Source: Mizuhopecten yessoensis
Taxonomy: Eukaryota
Direction: 5' to 3'
Assembly (NCBI RefSeq): GCF_002113885.1
Contig: NW_018404352.1
Location: forward strand, 763,371 to 827,370
DNA: 64,000 nt
Under the pieces are notes generated by a model. That model had not been told where the DNA came from, made no database searches, and worked only from the letters and a program-made list of their open reading frames with translations. A program made the translations under genes and the position numbers. Of this stretch, positions 26,329 through 38,483 are shown in pieces; the first letter of the stretch is position 1; each line of letters starts with the position of its first letter.

Positions 26329-29300
26329 CTGCAAACAACGGCAAAAGATTTATTTGTTACTAAAATATTGCTAATGTCTTTATGATATATTTTAAATTAA
26401 TTATCCCAATGCACATAGCATTGGTAAAATGCTAGATCATGAATTACACATCAATACAGACACGTTGATTTCCGTTATATAACAACTTATATCACAAAGT
26501 AACATAACACTCACAGACAGCAACCAGCAAGATGAAACGGAAAAGATATTCTCCGTAGTTTCGTATCCTCGCCGAGGTGATTTTACTTTGTATCCTCCGC
26601 CAACTGATATCAACAGGAACGAATACCACAACACCTGTAGTACAGTACAGGGTCAGGAAGAATAGAATCCTCAGCGATTTGTACAACCTGGGAAGTGGAT
26701 GATAGGTAGATGATTATTCCGTCTTTGCGTATTGCAGAGTTATCTTCTCTTGGGAGCAGGTATTGATTGTTACGTCATTGGGTTGTGTGAGAAAATTACG
26801 TCGTTTTCTCAAAAAATGATGACGTTACTCTCACAAACAAGTGACGTAACAATCAATACCTGCTCCCAAGAGAAGATAACTCTGCAATACGCAAAGACGG
26901 AATAATAACTTTTACATACTTGATCAAAAGATGAACAGTTTTTTGTTATGTTTCTGACACATTCTTATTATTGTCACACGTCTGGTCATATTTGGAATGC
27001 ATTCTTGAAAAGAATTATTCTTTTGGCTTATACACTGACGTGTGACTGTTTTCCGTCTATTTTTTCTGACCTCGTTCTACTGTAACCGTTTCTATTTATC
27101 ATTAGGTTCTTTGATCGTTACACATACATTCATACGTGTGAATCGGTTTCATGTCATAGCTCGTCCTAGAACCATTGGATGGTCGCAAGATATTTCCAAT
27201 AAAAATCCCTGAAATTGTCACATTACTTTGAAAGTCCAGCTAAATAGCAAAATAAATAATTTATGTATCAACTAATACCACTGTTTTGGTACTTGTTTGT
27301 CCAAAATAATGAATAATGTTCAATTATGGTCTTTTCTTGGAGTGAACATATGGTTTTTGACCCTACTAAAAACGTGACCGAGACTAGTTAGAGACCTGAA
27401 TTATTACACAAGATGTGTAATTAAGCTGCTTGTTCATTATTGAACAATACGGAACGCAGGGAAGTAATCAAGAGAAAATTGTTGTATTTGGCAAAGAATA
27501 TTGTAAAGTCTACTTCCATGTGACGTCATAAAGAGAGTTTTCACTTGCTGACTTTCAAAAAGGTAACATCAAATCCATGAAACAAACAAAAGATAAATTA
27601 GATCACATATTATGACGTCCTTAGCAATCAGAGTTTTTCAAAAGTTTCTAATAAACAAACCAGTTATTGGCTGGAAGGTCGAGTAGATACATCACGCGTG
27701 TCATTTCTCCAAATTTCAGATATCCGTAAAAACCACACGCGGCATGGAAACATGTGACAAACATCAAAGCTACACCCAGCACTCCGTTCCAGCCGTCAAA
27801 GTGTTTGGTTGTCCTCATCCTGTTACGTACTGGTAACACCTGGTATTAGAAAGGTTACATCGTATTCCTCCGTTTCTTGTTGACAAAAGGAAAAGTTTTA
27901 AGTAATGGAAATTTGACCTTTTGTTCTGTTATACTATTGACATTTTACATTTATGATCATTTGGAATTGATAAGACTCTTGGGGATTTATATATAGCCAA
28001 ATGTTCGTACAAAGTTGTACATTATCCCTCTTTAATGAGATATACATATGTTTATAGTCATTCTCATCAAGTGATAACAATCGATACGGGTCCTGTACCT
28101 TTCAAAACTATCCCATAATGCACAATATGTCCTTACTTAACGTAAACGAACATCAGCAAGCGATTACAGAGAATTTAATTATAACATGGACATAGCAAAA
28201 CGTACTTAGCAGCTAGCTATCTCAATATTCGGCGAAAAAAGATTATAATAGGATTAAGAGGTTAAAAGCTAACACTGTCATCCAGAGACTGGACTCTAGC
28301 AAATCAGTCGACTGTCTTTTTTATCACATAACTGACCCTTCGTACTATGTCAAACTGTTCTTGTCATACATATGGTAATACATAGGTGTAATACAATTTA
28401 AACATGCTACTATTGATCAAAACTGGGGGGATGTATTCCTACGCCACTGCAGTTACTACTTTTATTTACTATACCACATGATACATTTACTGGCATTCTA
28501 AATGAATTTGAAATGTTAATTTGTTATTTTCATCGCATTAAAACAAAAATATTTAAAGAGAAAAAACATCTGGAACTCCTTGACACTGCACGGGACGACA
28601 CTATTATGACCAGAGTACTTGGGTTTTAACTATATAGCGTCAGCTGAGAACACATCATTGTGTTTGAAGTTTGTTTTTTTCAAATTGTGACTGTTATGTG
28701 ATAATTATAATATTACATTCGTGTCCACGTCATATTGAATTCATTAAACTTGTTTTAATAATATGATATGCACTCGCCTCAAGCCTGGTAAATTCAATAT
28801 GACATGTCTGTACTAGCTCTGTATATAATAATATGAAGAGGTGCTGACATGCACAACTCTCAGATTCTACAGCTGGATGCAGGGAAGTCTGAACTTATCT
28901 GATGAGTAAAATATCAATACAGATCAATCAATATGTGCGCTTTCAGTTATGCGGAAACGCAAATAAATGTACGTATTTCACTAAGATATTAAATGTCAAG
29001 TCATTAATCTCTAAAAACGGTAGCTTTTGCGGCAGAAATATTTCCTAAACCTCTCTACTAAAACTGATATTTTTAACAAAATCATGAGAAACCAAAATTA
29101 TCAACTAAATATAACACGGTGTATTTTGCAGCTGCACAGTAAATTCATTTTAATAAAATTTCCTTTTGTTTTAGACAACTTACCACCCCAATTCCATCCA
29201 GTGTGAACATGACGTCGTTCGCGAATGTTGTGAATGTTAAATAATTCGGAGATTTAGCAGCTATTCTTGTGTTAACATCTGGTAGATCATGGCATATGTA

Positions 29301-32300
29301 TTGGAATGATATCGCCACTATTCCAAGCAGGACGAAGTTCGCTAGAGTAGCCAGGGTGGTTAGTAGCCTCATTCTCCTCACCAGATACACCGGTATTAAT
29401 AGCACCGATATTATAATCATAATCACGTGTACATCAATCTCCAATGCCTCCACCAACAACTGCAAAAGAATATGCAACATAAATATGTATATCTTAAATG
29501 ATAAGACATAATGAATTAACAGTATAAGAACATTGCAAAATTATTGTTATCATTGATGAGATCAATAAATAAAACATAACCATTTCATTAATTTATATCA
29601 CAGCGGAACGAAAACATTCGTCTTTGAAATAATCTTAATGTATACGTACGTCCCGCGCAAACAAGGTCATCAAGGAAAGCATACCCGCCAAAAACAGGAA
29701 ATGGTTTAGTAATAAGGCAAACTCGACCATGAATCTGTAATAAAGAATATATAGATAGTATTTTAGATTTTCAATACATATTCTACGTGATTAACACTAT
29801 GTACATTATTTTATTTAAAAAGTTATTAATTTTAGATTTTAAACAGTCCAAGAATATCATATTTCCCTTATCAGGAAATTAATGTTATACTGATTGCTTA
29901 ACGATATATGCGGGTGTTGGTAAAGAGATCATACCCGGTATGAATTGATAAAAGACAATAGTTTACTTGTATTTCCCAGCATGAGGGCGTAACCAGGGAG
30001 GTCCCAACTTCATACTCATCTCCGCTACACTCACAATATCTCCAAACCTCTCGCCAGTTCTGTAATAATTAGTGCTTAAAGCTACAAATATCCTTACTAT
30101 TCCTAAAAGGACAGCATTAACAATCGAACGCAATGACGCGATGTGCAAATAAGATTCGCTCGAATTAACGAAGGACACAATGCAATCGATAGTTTGTAAA
30201 TATTCGCAATGTAAGGCGCATTTCTTTCGATGTATTGTTAGTACAAGATCCAGTGATGACTAAGTCAGGACAACAGATGTTCATTAATTGGCATTGATAA
30301 TATAATTAATAATAAAATGAACGTAGAAACATGCAGTCATAAAATCAGATGTTTAATAATTCTATTTGTAAAAGTATAAAGCAATAACCTGTCCACGAGA
30401 CATTGTGTGCTGTTCACCAGTATAAATATACATGCTTCGTTGAGAAATCCATAAAACAGGAGTCCAACCAATCCAGTCTGTAAGTACAAGTATATATCAT
30501 TTTATAATACTGTTTTTATCACATAATGTATTGTGTTGTCCAGTGAATATACCCATGTCATATTTTTTTTGCGTAAAACTCATGTAATATGACCTATCAG
30601 CCCTGTGATTGGTTGTAAGTTTCAATAGTTTCAATTGTGACGTCACGCGTAAGACAAGTACATGACGCAACAGACTTATGCACTGGAGTCAAAATGGCGG
30701 CTATTTACAGTTCAAAGGTTGCATGAAAATTGTCGTTTTACACGATTAAATGCCACAGAACTTGATTGATGTTACTTTCGTTACATTTGATATGAAATTC
30801 GTCAAGAATTTTTCATTTTAGCTCGCCAGAGGTTTACTTAATTGAAAAAAAATCTTAGCCTCGTTTCATAAATCTCATATGAAATGAAAACTCATGTAAG
30901 ATCCTATATATATATATTTGTCTGTAAATACAATGTTAAACATGCATTTAATTGTGTACGATTTAATCCTGGACGCAGATAATCGATATGTGTATGTACA
31001 CACGTTTACCTTAAATCATGTACTGGTAAATAGGCTTTAGTCAACATTCCACGTGAGTCTACATTATAATTAAACTAATCATTTTTTTCAAATCCCAAAC
31101 ACAAATATTGCAACATATATATGCACATTAATAACAGAAATATCCAGAAAGTGAAACGTAGCTGATGAAGTTGGGAACTTGATTGTCTATATTTCACAAA
31201 GAATTTCCTCATAGCAAGTTGTGATCGGCAATATAATCAATAGAAACAAACATTTAAAAGACATAAGGTGTACATTTCATACTTGATACGTGTTTTTCCA
31301 ATGCAAATACCGGAAACGTATTAGCCACAACCAGCGTCAACGTTTTCTCCACAATACAATTCTATTTAACACAGGATATTAAAGAAAACTTATATATATT
31401 CACAACATTTAACACAGAATAATAAGCCTATTAAATTATACCTGCACGAATTTAACCCTAACGAAACTAACCCCCCAGCTTCCAATCCTAACAATACTTT
31501 AAGTTATTCCCAAGTCCCTCAAAATATACCTACTGCAGAGATGAACCCCAGGAAGTTAATCCAGCGCTCTGCCTCCACATAAGACGAACACCCCAACTTA
31601 TACACTCAAAGATAGCAATACGAAACGATGGACCAATCACAGCAGAGGATTTACAAGTAAACAGATTAGACACAGACGAGAAAGCAAGAAGCTCCCGACA
31701 GGATTACACTGCACGAGCAATAACATTGACCACAGACAGGACACGTGTACAGAACAGCACAACAAAGGTCCGGTAACACATTTAAATTGAGTACAGACAC
31801 AACATTCACCTAATCCACAGACCAAATCAAGCACACCAATGTTTATTTTGCATTGTCAGCCTGAGCTAGCTGTCATAAAACATACATCTATAAATGTCCA
31901 CCGCTACATTTACGAAAAACTGAGTCAGTAACTGTACATGCATATATTGACTATCTCGCGATAAAGTATATATTCCAAAGAATTAGCGTGATTTATTGAA
32001 TACATGTGTATCGTAATTTCTCTAATATATATATTTGTACAAAGGACAGAACGACATTTGAATGTCATTAAACTATTAATTGCATAGCATTACGTAATAT
32101 ATGCACGTCCTCTCCCAAAGAGGCAAGTCTTATAAATGTATAATGTCATGAATTCATTTAATGATATCCCCGGTATACTTCAGGGTGAATGATATTCTTC
32201 TGTGTCTCACTTTCATACATGGGACAACTTATATATGAAACCCTCTACTGTAATATTTGCCTTTAACCTTATTGATATCGATTTCTTGAGGGGCCAATTG

Positions 32301-32305
32301 TTTTA

Positions 32306-32338
<33 letters not shown>

Positions 32339-35300
32339 CNCACACTCTCTCCAGACCATTCCTTATTCTAGTCACAATAAACAATTCATTCTCATCCTAA
32401 CAGACACATACTTTTAACAATTACATCCTCAATGTTAATATGCTGATAGAAATAATGCGTTAATGTATCAATGATAACAGGAGAAAAATAACCCTTTATT
32501 CAATATTAATCATAAATTATCATGGTTAAACATTTATATATTAACAGAACAATATATTCTTGGCCAAGACTTTATGGATTGTTATCTTGCAAATAATCGC
32601 CTAAAGTATAATTTGTTTATGAGAGTATATCATGGATATCTCTCCTGATGTTATAAAATGTTTTAGATGTAATTCTTCATCCCTTTTTAATCGAAACAGT
32701 TCAGTAAAGTTACGTAACATGTATTGATATTCACACACAATTAACATCGTTTACCTGAAGTCCTTACAAAACTCCCTTCAAATCCAAATGGATTGGACTC
32801 GGAGTGTGCCCTATGTAACCTTTAATTCAAAACATTTGTATATAATCGTGGTATTCTTAACTTTGGACTTAATGACACCAAAAAATATCTAAAACAATTG
32901 ACAAATGGAAGATTTAATGGATGGAAGGACTGATAACAGAATATCAGAATATTTATTCCATGTGACATCAAACGTAAAAAGGAATAGAAACAAAGATAGC
33001 TTTCATTCTATTGCTACTGCTATTTGTACATCAATATCAATAACATTTTATTGCTACCACTAAACGATATGTGATAACGACAACCGTTTAAATAATGACC
33101 AAACAATCAAATAAAAATGCCATAAAATGTTAAAGTATGATTCGTGTGTAATTTATTCTTTAAGGTAATTCGTGGAATTAAATCCATTGCATAAAAAAAT
33201 CTATACGATCTATTATTTACCCATAATCCCATCAGCTTGACCATATAAGGTAGTCCTAGAAAGCCCAGACCGATGTAGTAAGGAAGCAGGAGCATCAATC
33301 CTTGAATGTCACTACGAAGAAGAAAAAAACAACATTATTTCGCTTTGTTTTTGATTTCCTAGCATGCATTTGCATCCATATAAAACACGCTTTGGCATAC
33401 GTAAAAACATGCGATTAAAATAATGTGTACACAACTCAATTATGAGCAAAGCAACGATACAATTATGCGCTTAGGATATACATACACACTATTCCTAAAT
33501 GGAGGATTGCCAATAAAAACACTAACTTACACAGAAAATATCGTTATGTATTAAATGGAAACCACTCATCAGGACGTAACTTACTTCAAAGTTTCTCCAT
33601 TCCTTGTCTCCTCTGTTTCCGGCAAATCATTTCCAGGTATAAACAGGTTGGTGGATCTATTTGGACAGTTGACATTTCAAATATAACGATTATTTGATTT
33701 TTTTTAACAAAAGCAGAAAAGTTGTGCAATGACTTTAGTGTTAATTAGTGTTTTTGAATATCAATTATCTGTACTTATACACCTAAATAAATAAAGATAC
33801 ATACATACAGGTCTCAAAATAATATTGGCGGTAAGTTCAAATATGGGCACTGGATCCGAACAAACACAGGTTTGTTAGATGCGTTCTACTAAAAAGGATA
33901 TTTGAACAAAGTAGTAAAAGAAGCAATACAACGAAATAGTTTAACTAATTCTTTAAGTGATATGTTGTTTTATTAGTTACATTATCTTTGAACAAAACTT
34001 ATATTTAAAAACTGTTTTTCACTTCGGAGTCGAAGGCGTTAGTTATACTGACGGCCACGACATCGTTGACATATCGTCTTTGAGATACAAAATCAATGCA
34101 ATCATGTTTCAGTTGAACAGTGTGCGATCGGCGACATTGGAATGTTATCAAACGCCGAACGATGGTAGCGTTAAGAAAGATGCTGTACCTGGAAGGTAGG
34201 CCTATAATGAAAATAATAACGATGCGCTCCAAATTTTAACAAATATGTGGTCGATTATATCGTTTTTACTTTCCTTATATATAAATATTATATATCCATA
34301 CATGTCACATATACAATTTACTGGAAATATTAAGAAGGAGGCATTTATTAAAATAAAATTGTCGCTGAAGAAAGATAGATAAAATAAAGATTTGTTTTCA
34401 AAACTATGTATCTGTCTAATTCATTGTGGACTAATTAGATCAGTGGAAGTTGGCTCAGAAGAATAAAAATCCACATTTGTAGTATTCTGAAACAATCGCA
34501 GAATTCAGTGAAAGGGGAAAGGTTCCTACAAAACGTAGTAAATGTATATCGTTATATGTTAACAATTTGACATACACGGATGGTTTATTCTTCTACTAGT
34601 ATATCTTGTCAGCCGTACATGAATACATTCCTGCTATGACGACGAAATATTGTGATGATGGTATATGCAATGCATTATCATAACACTAACATGCGTCTAA
34701 GTCTCCTAAAAAGATCACGTGGTTTGGACCACATGAACAAGTTAGTAAGCCTTTAAGACTAATACAATCTTTTACCTGTAACTGATCGAGATCGGGTTAC
34801 CTCAGTCGAGGGTTAAAATTCTGTTACAAAATCCCAACCGAGGCGTAAGCCGAGGTTGGGATGTTAAAGAATCTTAGCCCGAGACTGAGATAACCCGTAC
34901 TCGCTCAGTTACAGGTGATTGTTTTTTTTCTCTCGCACCTTTAAGTCCGAAAATAACTATTCAATTTTGCTAAAAACTACAAGTATCCCGCCTTGGGCCT
35001 CAAATGATAATGACCTCATCACTACTAAAGCTACAATTGAATGCTTCCGTGTAAAAATGTAGTCTGTCCTTTCATAGATAACAACGTATTTCAGAGTGTA
35101 GATTATATTCTATCTACAACATGAAATATCTAACAACATCAAAACTGTACATATGATCTAGCATGGGGTACGACGTGTGATATCTCTGTCTGAGGTGATA
35201 GAATAATACAGTCTGTTACCTGTAACTGAGCGACATCGGGTTATCTCAGTCGAGGGCTAATATTCTGTTACATAATCCCAATCAAGGCGTAAGCCGAGGT

Positions 35301-38300
35301 CAGGATGTTACAGAATATTGAGATAACCCGATCTCGCTCAGTTACAGGTAATTGATTTTTTTTCTCTCGCACCTTTTACTTAAAAATATTCAATTTCGCC
35401 ATTGTCTACACGTATCCCGTCGGGGCCTCAAACAAATACGGCCTCTTCACTTCTAAAGCCACGTCTGTATGCTTCCGCGTAAACAATGTAGTTCGTTCTT
35501 ACAAAGAAGAAAACGTAATTCACAGTGAAGATCAAATTTTATCTACAATTTTAGGAATCTAACAACATCAAAACAGTACATAAAAAGAAGAATATAATGC
35601 AGATAGTCAATTTCGAGCCGATACTTATGAGTATATATATACCCTAGGTGACGTCACACTTCGAATCAAAGAAACTTGTTGCCACGAAGTTTTTGAAGGA
35701 GCTTACATCTCATCGTCAGATTCTGTTATGATTGGATGTCTGAATCCCCGACTAGGTGGATTTACCACTGGATTAGTGTGATTGTTAACTGTGATATTGA
35801 ACACACAGCCATGGATAACACTTCCTGTAAACAAAGATCTTTCGGATGTCTGTTGAGCACACATGTTGGATTGTCGTTACACACATGGGACACGACTGTT
35901 TTGACCTCGATCTGTCAGATTGTTGTCAGTAGTGTTACAAAGCAGAGACGAAATGCTACTTTTTTGTGCACTTGTCATTGCCAGGTAATTGTTTAAAGAA
36001 TTCGGATTTTTGTGACCGGTGATTTGTACTGCCTGTGTGTCAGGGATGTCATTCTCCACGAGTTTCTGACCGAGATGTTTTCTAACAGAAGTATTAGTAA
36101 GTTTTTTCTCACATTTTAAGTTCGCATTTGCTGTCATTTTTCTCATTATACTTTTTAGCTTGTTCTGGCCCACAGGGCATCTTACGAACCAGTGATCGTA
36201 GTTTTTTTTTTTTTTTATCGTACTCGCGGCCAGATAGACGTCTGGTTATATTCAGAGAAATTCGCTGGTCTCCTCTTTTTATATGATTTGTATATACGGA
36301 CTGGACACCTCGGGATTTTCAAAATTTTCGTGTGCCCTTGTTTTTTTCTAAATAGCGAAATGTCTGCCCCTGTCCTAGTTCTAGTTTGCCGCTCATTATA
36401 CTCCAAGAATTCTCTATTTAGTTCTTGGTCGAATCCATGATGAACGTCGCCCCAGCAAAGAGCCCTGTGCTCGACTGCCCAACCCCTCATTCCGAACAAC
36501 AAAGTGTTGTTGAACCATAGCGTGTTTAGAATGGAATTTAGTGAATTGGAACCAAGTTCCCCGGCATCGTAAAGTACATTGATATCCGCATCGGAAATCG
36601 CATCTGCTGTTTTTGGTTGATTGCCAAGACTTTGCTTTTTTGATATTTTTTTGCTTGCTTTTTAAAGTGCTTCTTGATTTTGTGAAACATACAGATGTTA
36701 TTAAACTTTCACCGTACTTTTTTTGTTTAAGTTCCCTTACAAAACTTCCCACCATTCCTCTTAGAGTTGTTGGCTCGTATTCAGACCCATCTTTTTGTCT
36801 AACACTCATGAAAAAATTAGCAAGATGTAGATCAAGCTCTTCATGTGGTATATCCGATATTTCTCGATTTTCCTGCTTGGTTGTAAAAAAACTTTGTAGC
36901 AACTTGAAATGTCCAGATGTTTTTCTTTTAGTGATTTCATTTTCGTTTTCTGTTATAAAATCGTCTACGTCGTCTATTGTGAAAGCGATACATCTATCGT
37001 TTGCTTTTTTTTTCATAAGATTTATGTGGACGGGGCTGGGGTCTTCTTAATTTAGGCAGATCTATATGTAGCTCGTCATCTAGTGTCAAATTCGGTCCGG
37101 AAGGGGTGCGGGTGGCGTTGCACTGGGTGGTGGAGCTGTTTCACTGGGGCTCGGGGGTAGGGCGGTAGCACTGCAACCCGTGGGCAGGACAGCATCTTTC
37201 GTGGACAAGTTTTTAGGTGGTGAATTTTGTGGATCAAAAAGACGTAGCAGTTCATCATCAAATACAACATAGTCATCAAGACCTTTGATTAAATCGTGCC
37301 TTGCACATCTTTTAATTTCACCTTCAAACGAATGAATAACGTAAAAAGTATATGTGTCTAAGGGATTTTCAATTGACACAACTTTACCATGCCTTCCATT
37401 TTGCCCAACACGTACTGTATCACCAATTCTGAAGTCAATTATAATTCTGTCACAGTCGATCGAGCAGACGAGAAAACATAATATATTCAATAATTGACGT
37501 AATAACACGATTGCCAACAAATGATGAAAGGTATTTTGTTGTGCACAGTTAGCGCAAGTGTGTAGGATCGCATTTTCCATTAGAATATGATTAATCATGG
37601 AACATCATTGAAATATTTACAGCAATTTTGATAACGATTTCAAAATATTTAACAATAAATGTGCCATTTATATGTTTGGTAATCGTTCACTGACTACGAC
37701 ATTTTTCTGCATCCAATCATTGTGCAACGAAGCTATTTGCGCCTTTTGTAGTAGTTGATAACTGTAAGAACCTTGACAAGCGCAACACGAACATTCAGCT
37801 GGTGCATATGTGTCAATGTGTCATGAGTGTCATGTTTACAATTGTTAACAACTTTGTGGGCGGATGAATACATCGCTTTGTGCAAATTCCGCGAAAATTC
37901 ACGTAACGGTGCGAGACAGATCGGGCGAGATAGAAAAATCTAGTATTGGGTATCACGTGGGCTATCCCTGTCTGAGGTGCGAGACAAGTATATATATGAT
38001 AGAAATGTTTTATCGACATTAGATGAAGATTTGTGTGGTATGTCTTATCATAGCAATATAAATTATAGTAATATATATTATGTACAGTTGATTATATTCA
38101 TTTATCTTAAAATTATATGTAAAGGTATGGATGGAAATCGACAAACAATTTTAATGTATATCTGTTTGTTCATTAGACGATACAATCGACTGATATCAAA
38201 TTGTTTTTCGTTTTAGTTGCCGTTTTATATTATGTTCTATTTGATTGCTACAATGTATCTTTAAAATGCGATTATTATATCTATACTTACGACAGCTGAT

Positions 38301-38483
38301 CAATTTGAAACCTTCCAGAAAGCTCTGAATATGAATTCCTCTCTTCATTTCCTGAGGGAAGTAGCATAGTTTATCATCACTCTTTTTATAAGACCAACAG
38401 GTTTTGTTACAGTTCTTTGATGATCCAGCCTCTGACTTGGTGTCCTGCACACTCGCAACTGACTCTAAAATATGTAGTTCCAT
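26063..38483 (-). CDS. SLC36/PAT-like amino acid transporter, paralog 2 (9 coding exons, ~481 aa if a 1-nt frameshift in the first coding exon is corrected)
   Basis: Exons 38483-38291, 33311-33221, 30477-30389, 30059-29967, 29734-29650, 29459-29184, 27839-27661, 26687-26515, 26328-26063. Phases are compatible from exon 2 onward, exon sizes match paralogs 1 and 3, and GFYGYLKFG and DGIGVVLP are present. Confidence 0.85.
26515..26687 (-). CDS. SLC36-like paralog 2 exon (TM8-9)
   Basis: 173 nt; LYKSLRILFFLTLYCTTGVVVFVPVDISW...YGEYLFRF. Confidence 0.9.
26713..26906. mobile_element. ~190-bp foldback MITE, copy 2 (opposite orientation)
   Basis: Same family as 25619-25809; ~65-bp near-perfect TIRs. 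Confidence 0.85.
27661..27839 (-). CDS. SLC36-like paralog 2 exon (TM7)
   Basis: 179 nt; VLPVRNRM...GFYGYLKFG...LLDLP. Confidence 0.92.
29184..29459 (-). CDS. SLC36-like paralog 2 exon (TM4-6)
   Basis: 276 nt; ...LATLANF...DLPDVNTR...FTLDGIGV. Confidence 0.9.
29650..29734 (-). CDS. SLC36-like paralog 2 exon (TM3)
   Basis: 85 nt; FMVEFALLLNHFLFLAGMLSLMTLFARD. Confidence 0.8.
29967..30059 (-). CDS. SLC36-like paralog 2 exon (TM2-TM3 loop)
   Basis: 93 nt; TGERFGDIVSVAEMSMKLGPPWLRPHAGKY. Confidence 0.85.
30389..30477 (-). CDS. SLC36-like paralog 2 exon (TM2)
   Basis: 89 nt; TGLVGLLFYGFLNEACIFILVNSTQCLVD. Confidence 0.82.
30575..30910. mobile_element. Possible non-autonomous Crypton-like element
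   Basis: aaaactcatgtaa..cctat repeated at both ends; degenerate palindrome around gctcgccagagg. Confidence 0.35.
33221..33311 (-). CDS. SLC36-like paralog 2 exon (TM1)
   Basis: 91 nt; DIQGLMLLLPYYIGLGFLGLPYMVKLMGLW. Confidence 0.87.
34760..35203. mobile_element. Non-autonomous Crypton derivative (both ends of the adjacent element, no coding region)
   Basis: Same palindromic left end (acctgtaactga...tcagttacaggt, centre gaggcgtaagccgag) and right end (ctgtctgaggtg) as 35204-37990. Confidence 0.75.
35204..37990 (-). mobile_element. Crypton tyrosine-recombinase DNA transposon (degenerate), in an intron of SLC36 paralog 2
   Basis: Frameshifted ORFs give DGSEYEPTTL, FGMRG..EHRAL.WGDV, ERQTRTRTG, RCPV..YK.Y..RRP, KLTNTSVRK, ITGHKN..SLNNY (DUF3504-type YR); termini shared with the flanking short copy. 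Confidence 0.88.
35877..37598 (-). pseudogene. Crypton tyrosine recombinase coding region (multiple frameshifts)
   Basis: ORF pieces 37598-37086, 37016-36414, 36502-36215 and 36173-35877 are collinear parts of one YR protein. Confidence 0.8.
38291..38483 (-). CDS. SLC36-like paralog 2 first coding exon (frameshifted as assembled)
   Basis: Acceptor at ~38541; MELHILES resembles paralog 1 MELQTLVS; the end in the shifted frame, QIDQLS/gtaagt, resembles KDQIS. Confidence 0.65.

Noticed and set aside
31440-31835. Strand-biased intronic segment with a 65-aa ORF
   Set aside because: Probably a TE fragment, but no recognisable motif allows classification
34005-34232. Possible additional SLC36 paralog 2 exon
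   Set aside because: Its only open frame has phases incompatible with neighbouring exons and shows no family similarity
35877-37016. Host ZMYM/KCTD1/QRICH1-type gene or bacterial integrase contamination
   Set aside because: Intronless, multiply frameshifted and bounded by transposon-like ends shared with a short derivative; best explained as a Crypton
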